Shown one piece after another: positions 20,178-29,902 of a stretch of 64,000 nucleotides of DNA (position 1 is its first letter; each line of letters opens with the position of its first letter). The notes under the pieces are model-generated. The model did not search any database and was not told the origin of the DNA. It was given only the letters and a program-made list of their open reading frames with translations. The stretch comes from an uncultured Clostridia bacterium (GTDB lineage: Bacteria > Bacillota > Clostridia > TANB77 > CAG-465): contig CANQUF010000005.1 in the NCBI GenBank assembly GCA_947626975.1, positions 234-64,233 on the forward strand, in the 5' to 3' direction. Position numbers and translations under genes: made by a program.

Positions 20178-20449
20178 TTATAATTCTTCTTCATCATTTA
20201 ATTTTCTCATATTTAAAATATTAAATTTATAATATATAGTTATTTCTTTATTTTCTAATATTTCTACTTTATATACTAATGGTACGAACTTGTTCTTGTT
20301 ATTCCTTTTATACTTACAAAGTCTTTAATAAGTTTATTTATATCTACCGAAGAATCTTCTTTTATTTGTTTTTGCAAACTTTTTATTTCATTTTTTATAT
20401 TTTTAAATATCTCTTTAAAGACTTTTTCTAACATTTGTTTTTCTTCCAT
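20178..20449 (-). pseudogene. small SD-led ORF split by a frameshift (57 codons, then at least 34 codons in a second frame), function unknown
   Basis: AGAGGT SD 5 nt before ATG 20449. MEEKQMLEKVFKEIFKNIKNEIKSLQKQIKEDSSVDINKLIKDFVSIKGITRTSSYH* (TAG 20276..20278). The second frame, open from 20324, reads ...NKFVPLVYKVEILENKEITIYYKFNILNMRKLNDEEEL* (stop 20178..20180). Confidence 0.3.
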
Positions 20450-20506
20450 AAGCTACCTCTTTTCTACAATTATTCAAATTAAAATACATTTATACTTAAA
20501 TGATTT

Positions 20507-20540
20507 TTTAAAATTCGCAGACGCGTCTGCGAATTTTAAA
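20507..20540. repeat. perfect 34-bp palindrome (hairpin, bidirectional terminator or protein-binding site)
   Basis: TTTAAAATTCGCAGACG|CGTCTGCGAATTTTAAA with centre ACGCGT. It is the only GC-rich element in a 1.7 kb AT-rich spacer. Confidence 0.9.
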
Positions 20541-21437
20541 TAGATTTAATTTATAAGTATTATATCATTTATTTTACCAAAAAGCATTAAAATTTCAAAA
20601 TTTTACATTGCTTATATATAAATTACTTCATTTAATTTAATATAATTTCTTCTGCACAATTGTTACATTTTCTTTTACTACCATTTGTTTTGTTAAAAAT
20701 TATAATTTATCTTTACTCTCATTTTCTATATCTAAAAAATAATTTTTCAATTCATTATTTAATAACATTTCTGTATATTATAGTATTTTATATTTCTTTA
20801 TATAGTTTAGTTTTAATATTCTATACTTATATATTTTCTTCAAATTTTGTATTGTTATATTATATATATAATAATATTCACTAATATCTATATTCTATTC
20901 CTGTTTTTCTATCAATAAATCTTTATCTTAATTATTTGTTCTACATAATTTTTAAATCTTTCCACAATTTTTAAATTTTAATTTTTATTATAAATTCAAA
21001 AAAAGATGAAATTATACTATTTTTTTTACAATTCATCTTCTAAATATTTGAAAATTTATGATTTTTAAATTAAATTGTTTTTATGAGAAAAACTTGTTAT
21101 TACTATATTTTAATTTTTCTTCATAAGAAAGTATGATTGTAATTATTTTTGTAACTATATTAAATTATACTGTTTAAACATATGTTTGTAAAGAATTTTA
21201 AAGATATTTTTTGACTTTTCATCGCAAAATTCGACAAGTATTTAGAAAAAATTATTTTTTTATGATAACTAAAAAGTTGTAAAATATATGTGCGTAAGCT
21301 GTAAAATAAGAGATAAGAAATATAAATGTTTAAACTTTATTAGTATAGTATTTTTATGTTAACATACACTTTTTTGAATTTTTTCGGTATGACTTCCCTA
21401 TTGTATAATTATGTGGAGTTCAACATAAATATAAAAA

Positions 21438-21473
21438 AATGAGATTTGAATTTTATATTATACAAATCTCATT
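21438..21473 (-). terminator. intrinsic terminator downstream of the beta-CASP gene (A/T runs on both sides)
   Basis: AATGAGATTTG / CAAATCTCATT perfect 11-bp stem, flanked by AAAAAAA and TTTTT. Confidence 0.7.
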
Positions 21474-21487
21474 TTTATTAAATATCT

Positions 21488-23116
21488 TTATAAAACTATA
21501 TCTGCAACTCTTCTTTTAATACGTACTTTGATTGAACTATTTTTAAATTTAGGTTTATTTCTTTTTGCTCTCATCCTTCTATCTTTTAGTTCTCTTTTAC
21601 TATAACGTTTAAGCTCATAAATAGAAGAATATTTAGAACCTGCAACTATTAAATTATCATAATTGCACATTGAATAATAAATACTTCTATCTAAAATATT
21701 AACAAATGGTGGAGAAATTTTATCTATAACTTCTTTTGCATATATTTCTTTAACCTTATCATTTCCATGATTTATAAATACACCTTGAATATTAGGAAAC
21801 AGCTCTAAAAAGTCAATTAATTGATCAGCTTTAGCATGTGAAGAAAATTCATTACAAAAGCAAATCTCACAATTTATTTGTGTTTTTACCTTTTGGCCAA
21901 ATACGTTAAATGTACATTCATTTCCTCTTTTTATGTTTTTCAAAGTATACCCAAGGGTATTAGATGATACATAGCAAGTAAATATTATTGCAACATCTTC
22001 GCTACTTGCAAGTTTTGATAAATAATATGGGGCTTTTCCCTTATCAGCCATTCCTGAAGTTGTAAGGATAATTTTAGTTTCTTTTGATTGAAGTTCATAT
22101 TCAGGTATTTCCTCAATAATATTAATTTTTTTATTCCCTATTATCTTAGAAATTGTATTATTTTTTATAGATGAAACAAGAGTTAAATTATCAGGAATAA
22201 AGTCAATTTTAGATTTTAGTGAGTAAACTTTAAAGTATTCACAAGCAAGTGTACCTGAAAGATATATTGGTATTTTTTTACTAATTAAATTAGCATCTTG
22301 CAATTGTTTTATCCTAAGTAGTACCTGCTCTGCACGTTCACATGCAATTACTGGTAAAACAATAGTTTTATTATCATTTACAAAATTTACCAAAGTATTA
22401 TCAAACCTATAATTTATATCTGTCGTATTAGAATCACCATAAGTTGATTCCTGAAAAATAATAAGTTTTAAATTCTTTACCCACTTTGGAATACCTGGAA
22501 CTTCTTGGAATAAATTATCTACATTGTAATCTCCCGTAAATAATAAATTTACAGTTTCACATGATTCATACTTTATTTGTAGCAGTATCATGGAAGCACC
22601 CATTAAATGACCATTACCAAGAAAAGTAACACTTAAATTATCATCAAGTTCATATGTTTCATTATAACTCATTGTTCTAACCATACTTAACGTCTTTTTA
22701 ACGTCATCTAAATCATAAAGAGGCTCTATATTTATTTTTTTCTTCTTAGAAATAATGTTTGCCTCACTTTCAAGGATTTTTACACAATCAAAAAGAGAGA
22801 GTTTTAACAAATCTTTAGCTTCCTTAGTAGAATAAATATAATTGTAATAACCGTTTTTTACTAAGAGAGGCAATCTTCCACAATGATCAATATGAGTATG
22901 AGTTAAAAAAACATAATCAAAGTTTTCAGGATAAAATTGATACGGAAACTCATAATTATACCGCTCATAGTCATACTCTTGAAAAATGCCACAGTCTATT
23001 AAAATCTTTTTGCTAACATTATTTGGTAAATGAAAAACAACAATTATTGATGACCCCGTAACCTCTGGATGAAGACAAGAAATTTCATATGTAATAGCTT
23101 TACATTTGGTTTTCAT
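21488..23116 (-). CDS. MBL-fold beta-CASP family nuclease (RNase J/CPSF-like) with a basic C-terminal tail
   Basis: 542 aa. Metallo-beta-lactamase motif LTHTHIDHCG. Beta-CASP-like motifs QESTYG, FSSHA and INHGN. The last ~45 aa are Lys/Arg-rich (KRYSKRELKDRRMRAKRNKPKFKNSSIKVRIKRR). Confidence 0.7.
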   Translation of the reverse strand: MKTKCKAITYEISCLHPEVTGSSIIVVFHLPNNVSKKILIDCGIFQEYDYERYNYEFPYQFYPENFDYVFLTHTHIDHCGRLPLLVKNGYYNYIYSTKEAKDLLKLSLFDCVKILESEANIISKKKKINIEPLYDLDDVKKTLSMVRTMSYNETYELDDNLSVTFLGNGHLMGASMILLQIKYESCETVNLLFTGDYNVDNLFQEVPGIPKWVKNLKLIIFQESTYGDSNTTDINYRFDNTLVNFVNDNKTIVLPVIACERAEQVLLRIKQLQDANLISKKIPIYLSGTLACEYFKVYSLKSKIDFIPDNLTLVSSIKNNTISKIIGNKKINIIEEIPEYELQSKETKIILTTSGMADKGKAPYYLSKLASSEDVAIIFTCYVSSNTLGYTLKNIKRGNECTFNVFGQKVKTQINCEICFCNEFSSHAKADQLIDFLELFPNIQGVFINHGNDKVKEIYAKEVIDKISPPFVNILDRSIYYSMCNYDNLIVAGSKYSSIYELKRYSKRELKDRRMRAKRNKPKFKNSSIKVRIKRRVADIVL

Positions 23117-23308
23117 AAGAAAATCCCTCCAATAAAAATTTAAAGTAAAAGACCTAAATAAGAATAAAATATAATTATATATTTATATCCAAATTTACTT
23201 ATACACATTATATAATGTGAGTATACATAAGTCAATACAAATATCAAAAAAAGTCGAAAAAAGTCCTTTATAAATTTAATATAATTATTTAAAAATTATA
23301 TAATAAAA

Positions 23309-23340
23309 ACTTAGCAGAGTTTAAAATTTTTCTGCTAAGT
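23309..23340 (-). terminator. intrinsic terminator downstream of htpG
   Basis: ACTTAGCAGA / TCTGCTAAGT perfect 10-bp stem, flanked by A and T runs. Confidence 0.7.
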
Positions 23341-23424
23341 TTTTAAAATACTTTTTAGTAAGTTACTTAATTATAGTAAGTTAGTTTTAATTTTAAATAA
23401 TATTATTTGGTTACCTACTATTAA

Positions 23425-25305
23425 TTATTTAGACATAAACTCACAAATTAAATTGCTAATTTCAGTTGGATTTTCAATATTTAATCCTTCTATTAATCTT
23501 GCTTGTGAGTATAATATTTTAGTATATTTTTTAAGTTTTTCTTTATCCTCTTTATATAAATCTTTTATTTTTTTAGCAATATCATGCTTTTCATTTATTT
23601 CTAAAATAGTTTTTGCCTTTACTTGTCTATCAGTAGGCATACTATTAAGAACCTTTTCCATTTCAACAGATATATTTCCTTCACTTGTTAAGCATACTGG
23701 ATGATTTTTTAGTCTATGTGTAAATCTAATATCTTGCACTTCATCTTTAATTACTTCTTTCATAAAGTCAAACATTTCTTTATTATCTTCATTTTCTTTT
23801 TTTAACTTTTCCTTTTCTTCCTTCGTATCCAAATCTAAGTTATCTGCACAAGCATTTTGGAATGATTTTTCATCATAATTCATTAAAACTTGAAGTACAA
23901 ACTCATCTACATTATCAGTTAAATATAGTATTTCATACCCTTTATCCTTTAACAATTCAACTTGTGGCAGTAAATCTATCTTATCTATTGTTTCTCCAGC
24001 TGCATAATAAATTGTTTTTTGATCCTCTTTCATTCGACTTACATATTCTTTTAAAGTAACAAGACCTTTTTGTGTTGATGAATAAAATAATAATAAATCT
24101 TTTAATTTATCCTTATTAACTCCATAATCATTATATGTACCAAATTTTAACTGTAATCCAAAATTTTTAAAGAACTCTTCATATTTTTGTCTATCATTTA
24201 GGAGTAAATTTTCTAATTCAGACTTTATCTTATTTTCTAAATTTTTAGCAATTACTTTTAATTGCCTATCATGTTGTAGCATTTCTCTTGATATATTTAA
24301 TGATAAATCTTCACTATCTACAAGACCTTTTACAAATCCAAAATAATCAGGTAACAAGTCTTCACATTTATCCATTATTAATACACCACTTGCATATAAC
24401 TGTAATCCCATTTTATAATCTTTTGTATAATAATCATAAGGTAAATGTGCTGGAATATATAATAATGCGTTATATTTATACTGTCCTTCTACTGCAGTAT
24501 GTATTACTTTTAAAGGCTTCTCATAATCATAGAATTTATCTGTGTAAAATCCATTATATTCTTCTTCTTTTATTTTCTTTTTATCTTTCTTCCAAATAGG
24601 AGTCATAGAATTTATAGTCTTTATTTCTTTTATATTTTCATATTCATCTGTCCCTTCTTTTTTCTTGCTTGTTTCTAATTCCATTTCAATTGGATAACGG
24701 ATATAATCTGAATACTTTTTAATAATCTCTTGAATTGTATAGTCATTTAAATATTTACTATATTCCTCGTCTTGAGTATCCTCTTTAATATGAAGTGTTA
24801 TCTTTGTACCAACATCTTCTTTATTACATGGCTCTATACTATATCCTTCTACTCCTTTTGAAGTCCAACAATATGCTTCTTTTGAATCAATTGACTTACT
24901 TTCTACTTTTACTAAATCACTAACCATAAAAGCAGAATAAAATCCAACTCCAAACTGCCCTATAATATCAATATTTTCTTTCTTTTCATTTTCTTCTTTA
25001 AAAGCAAGAGAACCACTTTTTGCAATTGTACCTAAATTTTTATCAAGTTCTTCTTCACTCATACCACATCCATTATCTGATATTGAAAGTATTCTAGCAT
25101 CTTTATCTATATCAATCCTTATTTTTAAATCTTTTCTATTTATTTTTATATTTTTGTCTGTAAGTGAACGATAGTATAACTTATCTATTGCATCACTACT
25201 ATTAGAAATTAATTCTCTTAAAAATATCTCTTTGTTTGTATAAATAGAATTAATCATTAAATCTAATAATCTTTTAGATTCTGCTTTAAATTGCTTATTA
25301 TTCAT
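23425..25305 (-). CDS. htpG: molecular chaperone HtpG (Hsp90)
   Basis: 626 aa. N-terminal [40 protein letters not shown] and [13 protein letters not shown] are hallmark HtpG/GHKL motifs, and the architecture is full length. Confidence 0.95.
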   Translation of the reverse strand: MNNKQFKAESKRLLDLMINSIYTNKEIFLRELISNSSDAIDKLYYRSLTDKNIKINRKDLKIRIDIDKDARILSISDNGCGMSEEELDKNLGTIAKSGSLAFKEENEKKENIDIIGQFGVGFYSAFMVSDLVKVESKSIDSKEAYCWTSKGVEGYSIEPCNKEDVGTKITLHIKEDTQDEEYSKYLNDYTIQEIIKKYSDYIRYPIEMELETSKKKEGTDEYENIKEIKTINSMTPIWKKDKKKIKEEEYNGFYTDKFYDYEKPLKVIHTAVEGQYKYNALLYIPAHLPYDYYTKDYKMGLQLYASGVLIMDKCEDLLPDYFGFVKGLVDSEDLSLNISREMLQHDRQLKVIAKNLENKIKSELENLLLNDRQKYEEFFKNFGLQLKFGTYNDYGVNKDKLKDLLLFYSSTQKGLVTLKEYVSRMKEDQKTIYYAAGETIDKIDLLPQVELLKDKGYEILYLTDNVDEFVLQVLMNYDEKSFQNACADNLDLDTKEEKEKLKKENEDNKEMFDFMKEVIKDEVQDIRFTHRLKNHPVCLTSEGNISVEMEKVLNSMPTDRQVKAKTILEINEKHDIAKKIKDLYKEDKEKLKKYTKILYSQARLIEGLNIENPTEISNLICEFMSK

Positions 25306-25445
25306 ATATTATTCCTTCTTTCCTAACATATAAATATATTATATATCTATATTTTAGCAATGTCAAGACAAGAGTGCTAAACTATTTTATAAATATAATC
25401 ACTACTAGAATAATATTTTTATTCCAGCAGTGATTATATTTTAGT

Positions 25446-26003
25446 TTACTTTATATCAATTACGCTAATACAGTCATCCATTTTTACAATAATTTGACCA
25501 TTTTGGATAGGAACAAAATCTCGAGCCCAGAGATTATTAAATAAAAAACTACCGTCAGATTTTCTAATAAGCGTATATAGTCCATCTTCACGTCTAACCT
25601 CAAAAAACTCGTTGTTAAACTCATTCCATTGATAGAACCAACAGTTATTATACAAAAAAGAGCCATCTGATTTTCTAATCAAAGTAGATAGTCCACTTCT
25701 TATAGAAACATTGAAAAATTCATCATTAAAATCAAGCCAACTATAAAACCATCGGTTATTATAAAGAAAAGATCCATCTTTAGTATTAATAAGAGTTTTT
25801 AATCCATCTGACCGTATTATCATAAGCAATCTATTATTAAATTGCTTACATGCACTAAACTTCATGTTATCATACATAATTTTACCGTCAGTCAGATTCA
25901 TAAGTTTAAACTCTATGGAATCATCATCTTGATATATTCCTAATAGGTTTTTACTCATTCTTTGAACCCGTATAACATCCTTGAACTCACTAATTATTTT
26001 CAT
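25446..26003 (-). CDS. tandem-repeat protein (four ~38-aa repeats, WG/KWG-like), function unknown
   Basis: Repeats of the form DGL.TLIRKSDGSFLYNN.WFY.W.EFN.EFF.V. Start placed at the ATG preceded by AAGGAGTGA (the ORF track begins 9 nt upstream). Confidence 0.5.
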   Translation of the reverse strand: MKIISEFKDVIRVQRMSKNLLGIYQDDDSIEFKLMNLTDGKIMYDNMKFSACKQFNNRLLMIIRSDGLKTLINTKDGSFLYNNRWFYSWLDFNDEFFNVSIRSGLSTLIRKSDGSFLYNNCWFYQWNEFNNEFFEVRREDGLYTLIRKSDGSFLFNNLWARDFVPIQNGQIIVKMDDCISVIDIK

Positions 26004-26087
26004 GAGAATCACTCCTTAATTATAATTTGTTTAATAAGTTTATTGTTAACTATTATACATTCATAATTGCTTTTTGTCAATAATTTA

Positions 26088-26759
26088 TCATTTATTTTTG
26101 CTAATTTTATTATATTTTTCTAAATCAAAAATTTCATCTACATTATTTGAAACGTTCTTCGAATGAGTAACGATAATTATACATTTATTTTTTTTATGTG
26201 CAAGATTTTTAAATATATCAATTATTTGTTCTTCATTATGCTTATCTAAATTTCCTGTAGGTTCATCAGCAAGTATAACTTCCGGATCATACGACATTGC
26301 TCTAGCTATTGCAACACGTTGCTGTTCTCCTCCAGATAGCTTTAATATTCTTTTATTTGCCTTTTCATTATTTATTCCAACTTCTTCTAAAAGTAATTTA
26401 GCTCTCTGTTGCTTTTCTTTTTCACTTAACTTTATACCTGCTACATCCATGGAAAGTACAACATTTTCTATAGCACTAAGATGTGGTAATAAATTAAAAC
26501 TTTGAAATACTATCCCTACATTATGTGACCTATAATTATCATTATCAAATTTTGAAATATCATTTTCTTCATATAATATCTTACCACTTTTTGGCTTATC
26601 TAGACCTGACATAAGAGATAAAAGTGTTGTCTTACCAGTCCCTGATCTACCAGTTATTGCATATATTTTTGATTTATCAAATTTGTAGTTTATATTATTT
26701 AAAACTTCTTTTCCATCTTCATAGCTATAACATACATTCTCTAATTTGAATATACTCAA
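26088..26759 (-). CDS. ABC transporter ATP-binding protein (MacB/LolD-like)
   Basis: Walker A GRSGTGKTT, signature LSGGEQQR, Walker B ILADEPTGNLD. Confidence 0.9.
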   Translation of the reverse strand: MSIFKLENVCYSYEDGKEVLNNINYKFDKSKIYAITGRSGTGKTTLLSLMSGLDKPKSGKILYEENDISKFDNDNYRSHNVGIVFQSFNLLPHLSAIENVVLSMDVAGIKLSEKEKQQRAKLLLEEVGINNEKANKRILKLSGGEQQRVAIARAMSYDPEVILADEPTGNLDKHNEEQIIDIFKNLAHKKNKCIIIVTHSKNVSNNVDEIFDLEKYNKISKNK

Positions 26760-26773
26760 TTTTTATTTCCTCC

Positions 26774-28264
26774 TTACGTCCTACTATTTAATATTTTTAA
26801 TGGTGAGTACCTTGAAATAAATATCATAGATATACTTGAGCTAACTAACGTTAACACAACACCTATTCCTATTAATTCTAATATTGTTTTTATATCAATA
26901 ACAGCATTTAATTTATCAACATAATTTGTACTTTCAATAGCAAAATTATTACGTATATCACCTTTTTCCATTTTATTTGGCATTTCCATTCCAAAATTAT
27001 TGTTTACTTGAGTTTGTGATGTCTTAGCAGATTCAATCTCTGATTTAAGTAGTGCATTTGATATTGGAACTGTTAATAAACTACCAATTATTGTTCCCAC
27101 TATTATTGAAACAAATGATACTATTGTAAGTTCAATTATAAATTGTAATAGCACTTTATATCTTTTCATACCAATTGAACGTAACACTCCTATTTCATAT
27201 TTTCTTTCTCGTATATTTATCATTCCAATTACTACTAAAACTATTGCACCAATAATTAAAACTATTATTAAGAAAGTAGTTACAAAAGTAGATAAATTTT
27301 TAATAGGTTTTAAATTATTTTCTAAAGTTTCAAGATTAGTAGTTACAGTATAATTTGAACTTAAACCTTTTGATGTAAGTTCTGATTTAAAACTTTCTAT
27401 TACATCTTCATTATTTAAAATAAATTTAGCATTAGTTTCTAAATTAAGATTAGTTTCACTATTTTCTAAAGATTTTGAATATATATCATTTAGTGCATTA
27501 TAGCTAGTTAATATTTGATTTGCAGAGTTTGAAAATATTGTAAATTCCTCTATTTTACTAAAATCTGAATATATTCCTACTACTTTAAACTCATATGTAA
27601 AAGCCTCGTTATTTGGATTTACTAAAATAATATTATCTCCAACCTTAACGGAATTTTCATCTGCAAGATCCTGTGATATAACACATTGTTTTTCATCTGA
27701 ATTTATATCAAAAATACTACCTTCCTCAATTTTATATGTTCCCTCTTCAAATTCTTCCATGGCATTTAAGCTACTATATCCTATAACTTTAAAATCTCCT
27801 AATACTTTATTATTTTGAGTTCCATTTCCTCCTTTCATGTTATTCATATTAGGCATTTTCAAATCTGGAGGCTCATTTTCATCTTCAATAGTAGCTTTAG
27901 ATAAATTTGAGGAATTAAGCTCAGTTTCAATCGTATAGTAATAGTCTTTTACATACTCACTCTGTCCATATTTATTTATATCATCTACATTTAATCTTTG
28001 TACATTATTCATAAATTCAGATATAGATGTATTATTTTGCTGTTTACTATTTCTAGCGTTACCTTTTAAATTTTCACGATTAAGTGTAATTTCAGCTTCT
28101 ATTTCATTTGAACTTTTATAACTTTCTATAAGTTTTTCACTTGAATTTTTTATAGATAAAGCCACACAACTAGCTATACTAATAACTACTATAATTATTC
28201 CTATTAATATATTTCTTGATTTTGTTCTAGTTATGTTTTTTATAGCATTTTTTAAAATATACAT
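26774..28264 (-). CDS. ABC transporter permease, FtsX/MacB-type with a large extracytoplasmic domain
   Basis: 496 aa. N-terminal TM, an extracellular region of about 300 aa, and a C-terminal FtsX-like 3-TM bundle. Lies 14 nt upstream of the ATPase gene. Confidence 0.8.
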   Translation of the reverse strand: MYILKNAIKNITRTKSRNILIGIIIVVISIASCVALSIKNSSEKLIESYKSSNEIEAEITLNRENLKGNARNSKQQNNTSISEFMNNVQRLNVDDINKYGQSEYVKDYYYTIETELNSSNLSKATIEDENEPPDLKMPNMNNMKGGNGTQNNKVLGDFKVIGYSSLNAMEEFEEGTYKIEEGSIFDINSDEKQCVISQDLADENSVKVGDNIILVNPNNEAFTYEFKVVGIYSDFSKIEEFTIFSNSANQILTSYNALNDIYSKSLENSETNLNLETNAKFILNNEDVIESFKSELTSKGLSSNYTVTTNLETLENNLKPIKNLSTFVTTFLIIVLIIGAIVLVVIGMINIRERKYEIGVLRSIGMKRYKVLLQFIIELTIVSFVSIIVGTIIGSLLTVPISNALLKSEIESAKTSQTQVNNNFGMEMPNKMEKGDIRNNFAIESTNYVDKLNAVIDIKTILELIGIGVVLTLVSSSISMIFISRYSPLKILNSRT

Positions 28265-28522
28265 ATAATTCTCCTTTCAATACAGGTCTATTATATATTA
28301 GATTTATGAAAGAAATGTGAATAAATTGAAAAAATTTATGTTATTTTTTAAGTACTAAATAATAAAAATTATTGTGTATCAAAAATAAACTACATTTATA
28401 AAAGGATTTGATATAATAAAAAATATGATTTAATGAGTATGTAGAATAGTTTGTATAAACCTATACTTTTTTTGAATATAGTCTTACTATTATTCTTAGA
28501 ACTCCGTCAATAGTTCACTAGT

Positions 28523-29458
28523 TTAATATATACTTATATAACATTTTTCTTTAATAAATTTCTTTATTTGTTTTTCATCTTTTCCTTCATAATATAAAAT
28601 AAGTAAATCCTTAAATTCTTCTGTAAGTTCTGCTGGAATTGCTATAATTCCTTTTCCTTTTGAAATTAAATAATGGTTACTATATATTACTGATGTTCTT
28701 TTATTGCCATCTATAAATACTTGCTTTTTCATTGTGTATAATAAAAGTTCAATAGCTCTGTCAACATCATCTAATTTTTTATTAAAAATTTGTTCTAATT
28801 CTTCTTTTATAATGCTTTCAATTGGTAAATCTGGTTCCCATGTTGTTCCACCTATTGTTACTGGAACATTTCTAACCTTTCCTGCTGAATAATAAAATCC
28901 TCCTTCAACCATTTTATTGATTTCACATAATAATGCAAAGTTAGTATCACTTAATATAACATTTTTATTTAGTATGAATTCCCAAGCATGTTTTAAATTT
29001 ACTATTTTCATTATATCTTCAGATGTCATATTATTTACTTTTCCACCTTCAATAATACTTTCTGTATCTGCAAATGTTGTTGCAATACCTTCTAATATAG
29101 CTTGTTTATAAATGGTATCTACTAAATGTCTTTTTGCAAAATCTATATTTTGTTCTACTTTTTGAGAAAGTTCTTCTTCTACATAATTTAATTTTTTTAA
29201 TTTTTTATTTATTTCTCTTATTTGCTTTTTTAACTCTTTTGCCTTAATGCTATTGTTTAATATTAAATTATATAATTCTTCTGAGTATTCTCCAACATAT
29301 TTTGTTAAAGATACTCCATCTTCTCTATAATGTACATATATATATTTATTTGAATCTTTTTCTCTTATTTCAACTGAACCATAGGCAAGCGATTGTAATT
29401 CATGTTCAAGTAACTGTTTATTTTGAAGAAGTCCCATAATTTCCATTTTTTCTTCCAT
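28523..29458 (-). CDS. Fic/Doc-family protein with a degenerate active-site motif (Gln in place of the catalytic His)
   Basis: 311 aa. Motif QVFIDGNKRTS (aa 246-256, nt 28697..28723 for QVFIDGNKR) versus the Fic/Doc consensus HxFx(D/E)GN(G/K)R. Codon 246 is CAA. GGAGG SD before ATG 29458. Confidence 0.55.
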   Translation of the reverse strand: MEEKMEIMGLLQNKQLLEHELQSLAYGSVEIREKDSNKYIYVHYREDGVSLTKYVGEYSEELYNLILNNSIKAKELKKQIREINKKLKKLNYVEEELSQKVEQNIDFAKRHLVDTIYKQAILEGIATTFADTESIIEGGKVNNMTSEDIMKIVNLKHAWEFILNKNVILSDTNFALLCEINKMVEGGFYYSAGKVRNVPVTIGGTTWEPDLPIESIIKEELEQIFNKKLDDVDRAIELLLYTMKKQVFIDGNKRTSVIYSNHYLISKGKGIIAIPAELTEEFKDLLILYYEGKDEKQIKKFIKEKCYISIY

Positions 29459-29475
29459 GATTTTCCTCCTTGCAA

Positions 29476-29586
29476 ATGTGAAACTTTTTTATCATTTTTG
29501 TTAAATTTTATTTCACATTTATATTATATCACAAAATCCCAAAATGTGAAACATTTTTTGATTTTTTTATTAATTTTGTTTCACAT
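29476..29586. promoter_or_regulatory. duplicated long-loop inverted repeat (operator-like) upstream of the Fic/Doc-like gene
   Basis: ATGTGAAAC (29476..29484) ... ATTTCACAT (29510..29518) and ATGTGAAAC (29544..29552) ... GTTTCACAT (29578..29586). The two ~43-bp units are similar throughout and 68 bp apart. Confidence 0.4.
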
Positions 29587-29902
29587 CATTTTCTTCTCAA
29601 ATTATGTATTTTTTCCGTTTGCGAAACTTTTTTGTAATATATATTTTAATAATATCAATGTTTTCAAAAAAATGGTGTTAACAACAACATACATCTGTAT
29701 ATGATATTACCTTAATATATTTCCTATATATATTTTTTCATATTATTTGTCTCATATATTCTTGTGCAAATACTATTTGATATTTGCAATACATTTCCAA
29801 AAAAAGAATGTCTCCTGTACAATACAGAAAACATTTCATGTTGGTCACTTAATTTACACTATCTAACTTTTTAAATCCAGTACGATTATTAAATATTTTT
29901 TA

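Noticed and set aside
20640-20770. Short minus-strand frame MLLNNELKNYFLDIENESKDKL*FLTKQMVVKENVTIVQKKLY, considered as another TAA-interrupted gene remnant.
   Set aside because: There are only about 20 open codons on each side of the stop, which is within chance expectation for this composition. It has no SD and no recognisable similarity.
21395-21478. Extended -10 element (TGTATAAT at about 21401..21408) on the plus strand that would drive a ~60-nt transcript ending at the 21438..21473 hairpin.
   Set aside because: There is no clear -35, such matches are expected by chance in DNA this AT-rich, and nothing else supports a small RNA.
19764-21487. Large structured non-coding RNA (OLE/ROOL/GOLLD-type) in the 1.7 kb spacer.
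   Set aside because: The spacer is almost uniformly A/T. Apart from the 34-bp palindrome and two simple terminators it has no GC-rich paired segments or recognisable conserved motifs.
25484-25666. 60-aa alternative-frame ORF inside the repeat-protein gene.
   Set aside because: It is on the same strand and fully nested in a longer, repeat-structured ORF, with no independent start signals.
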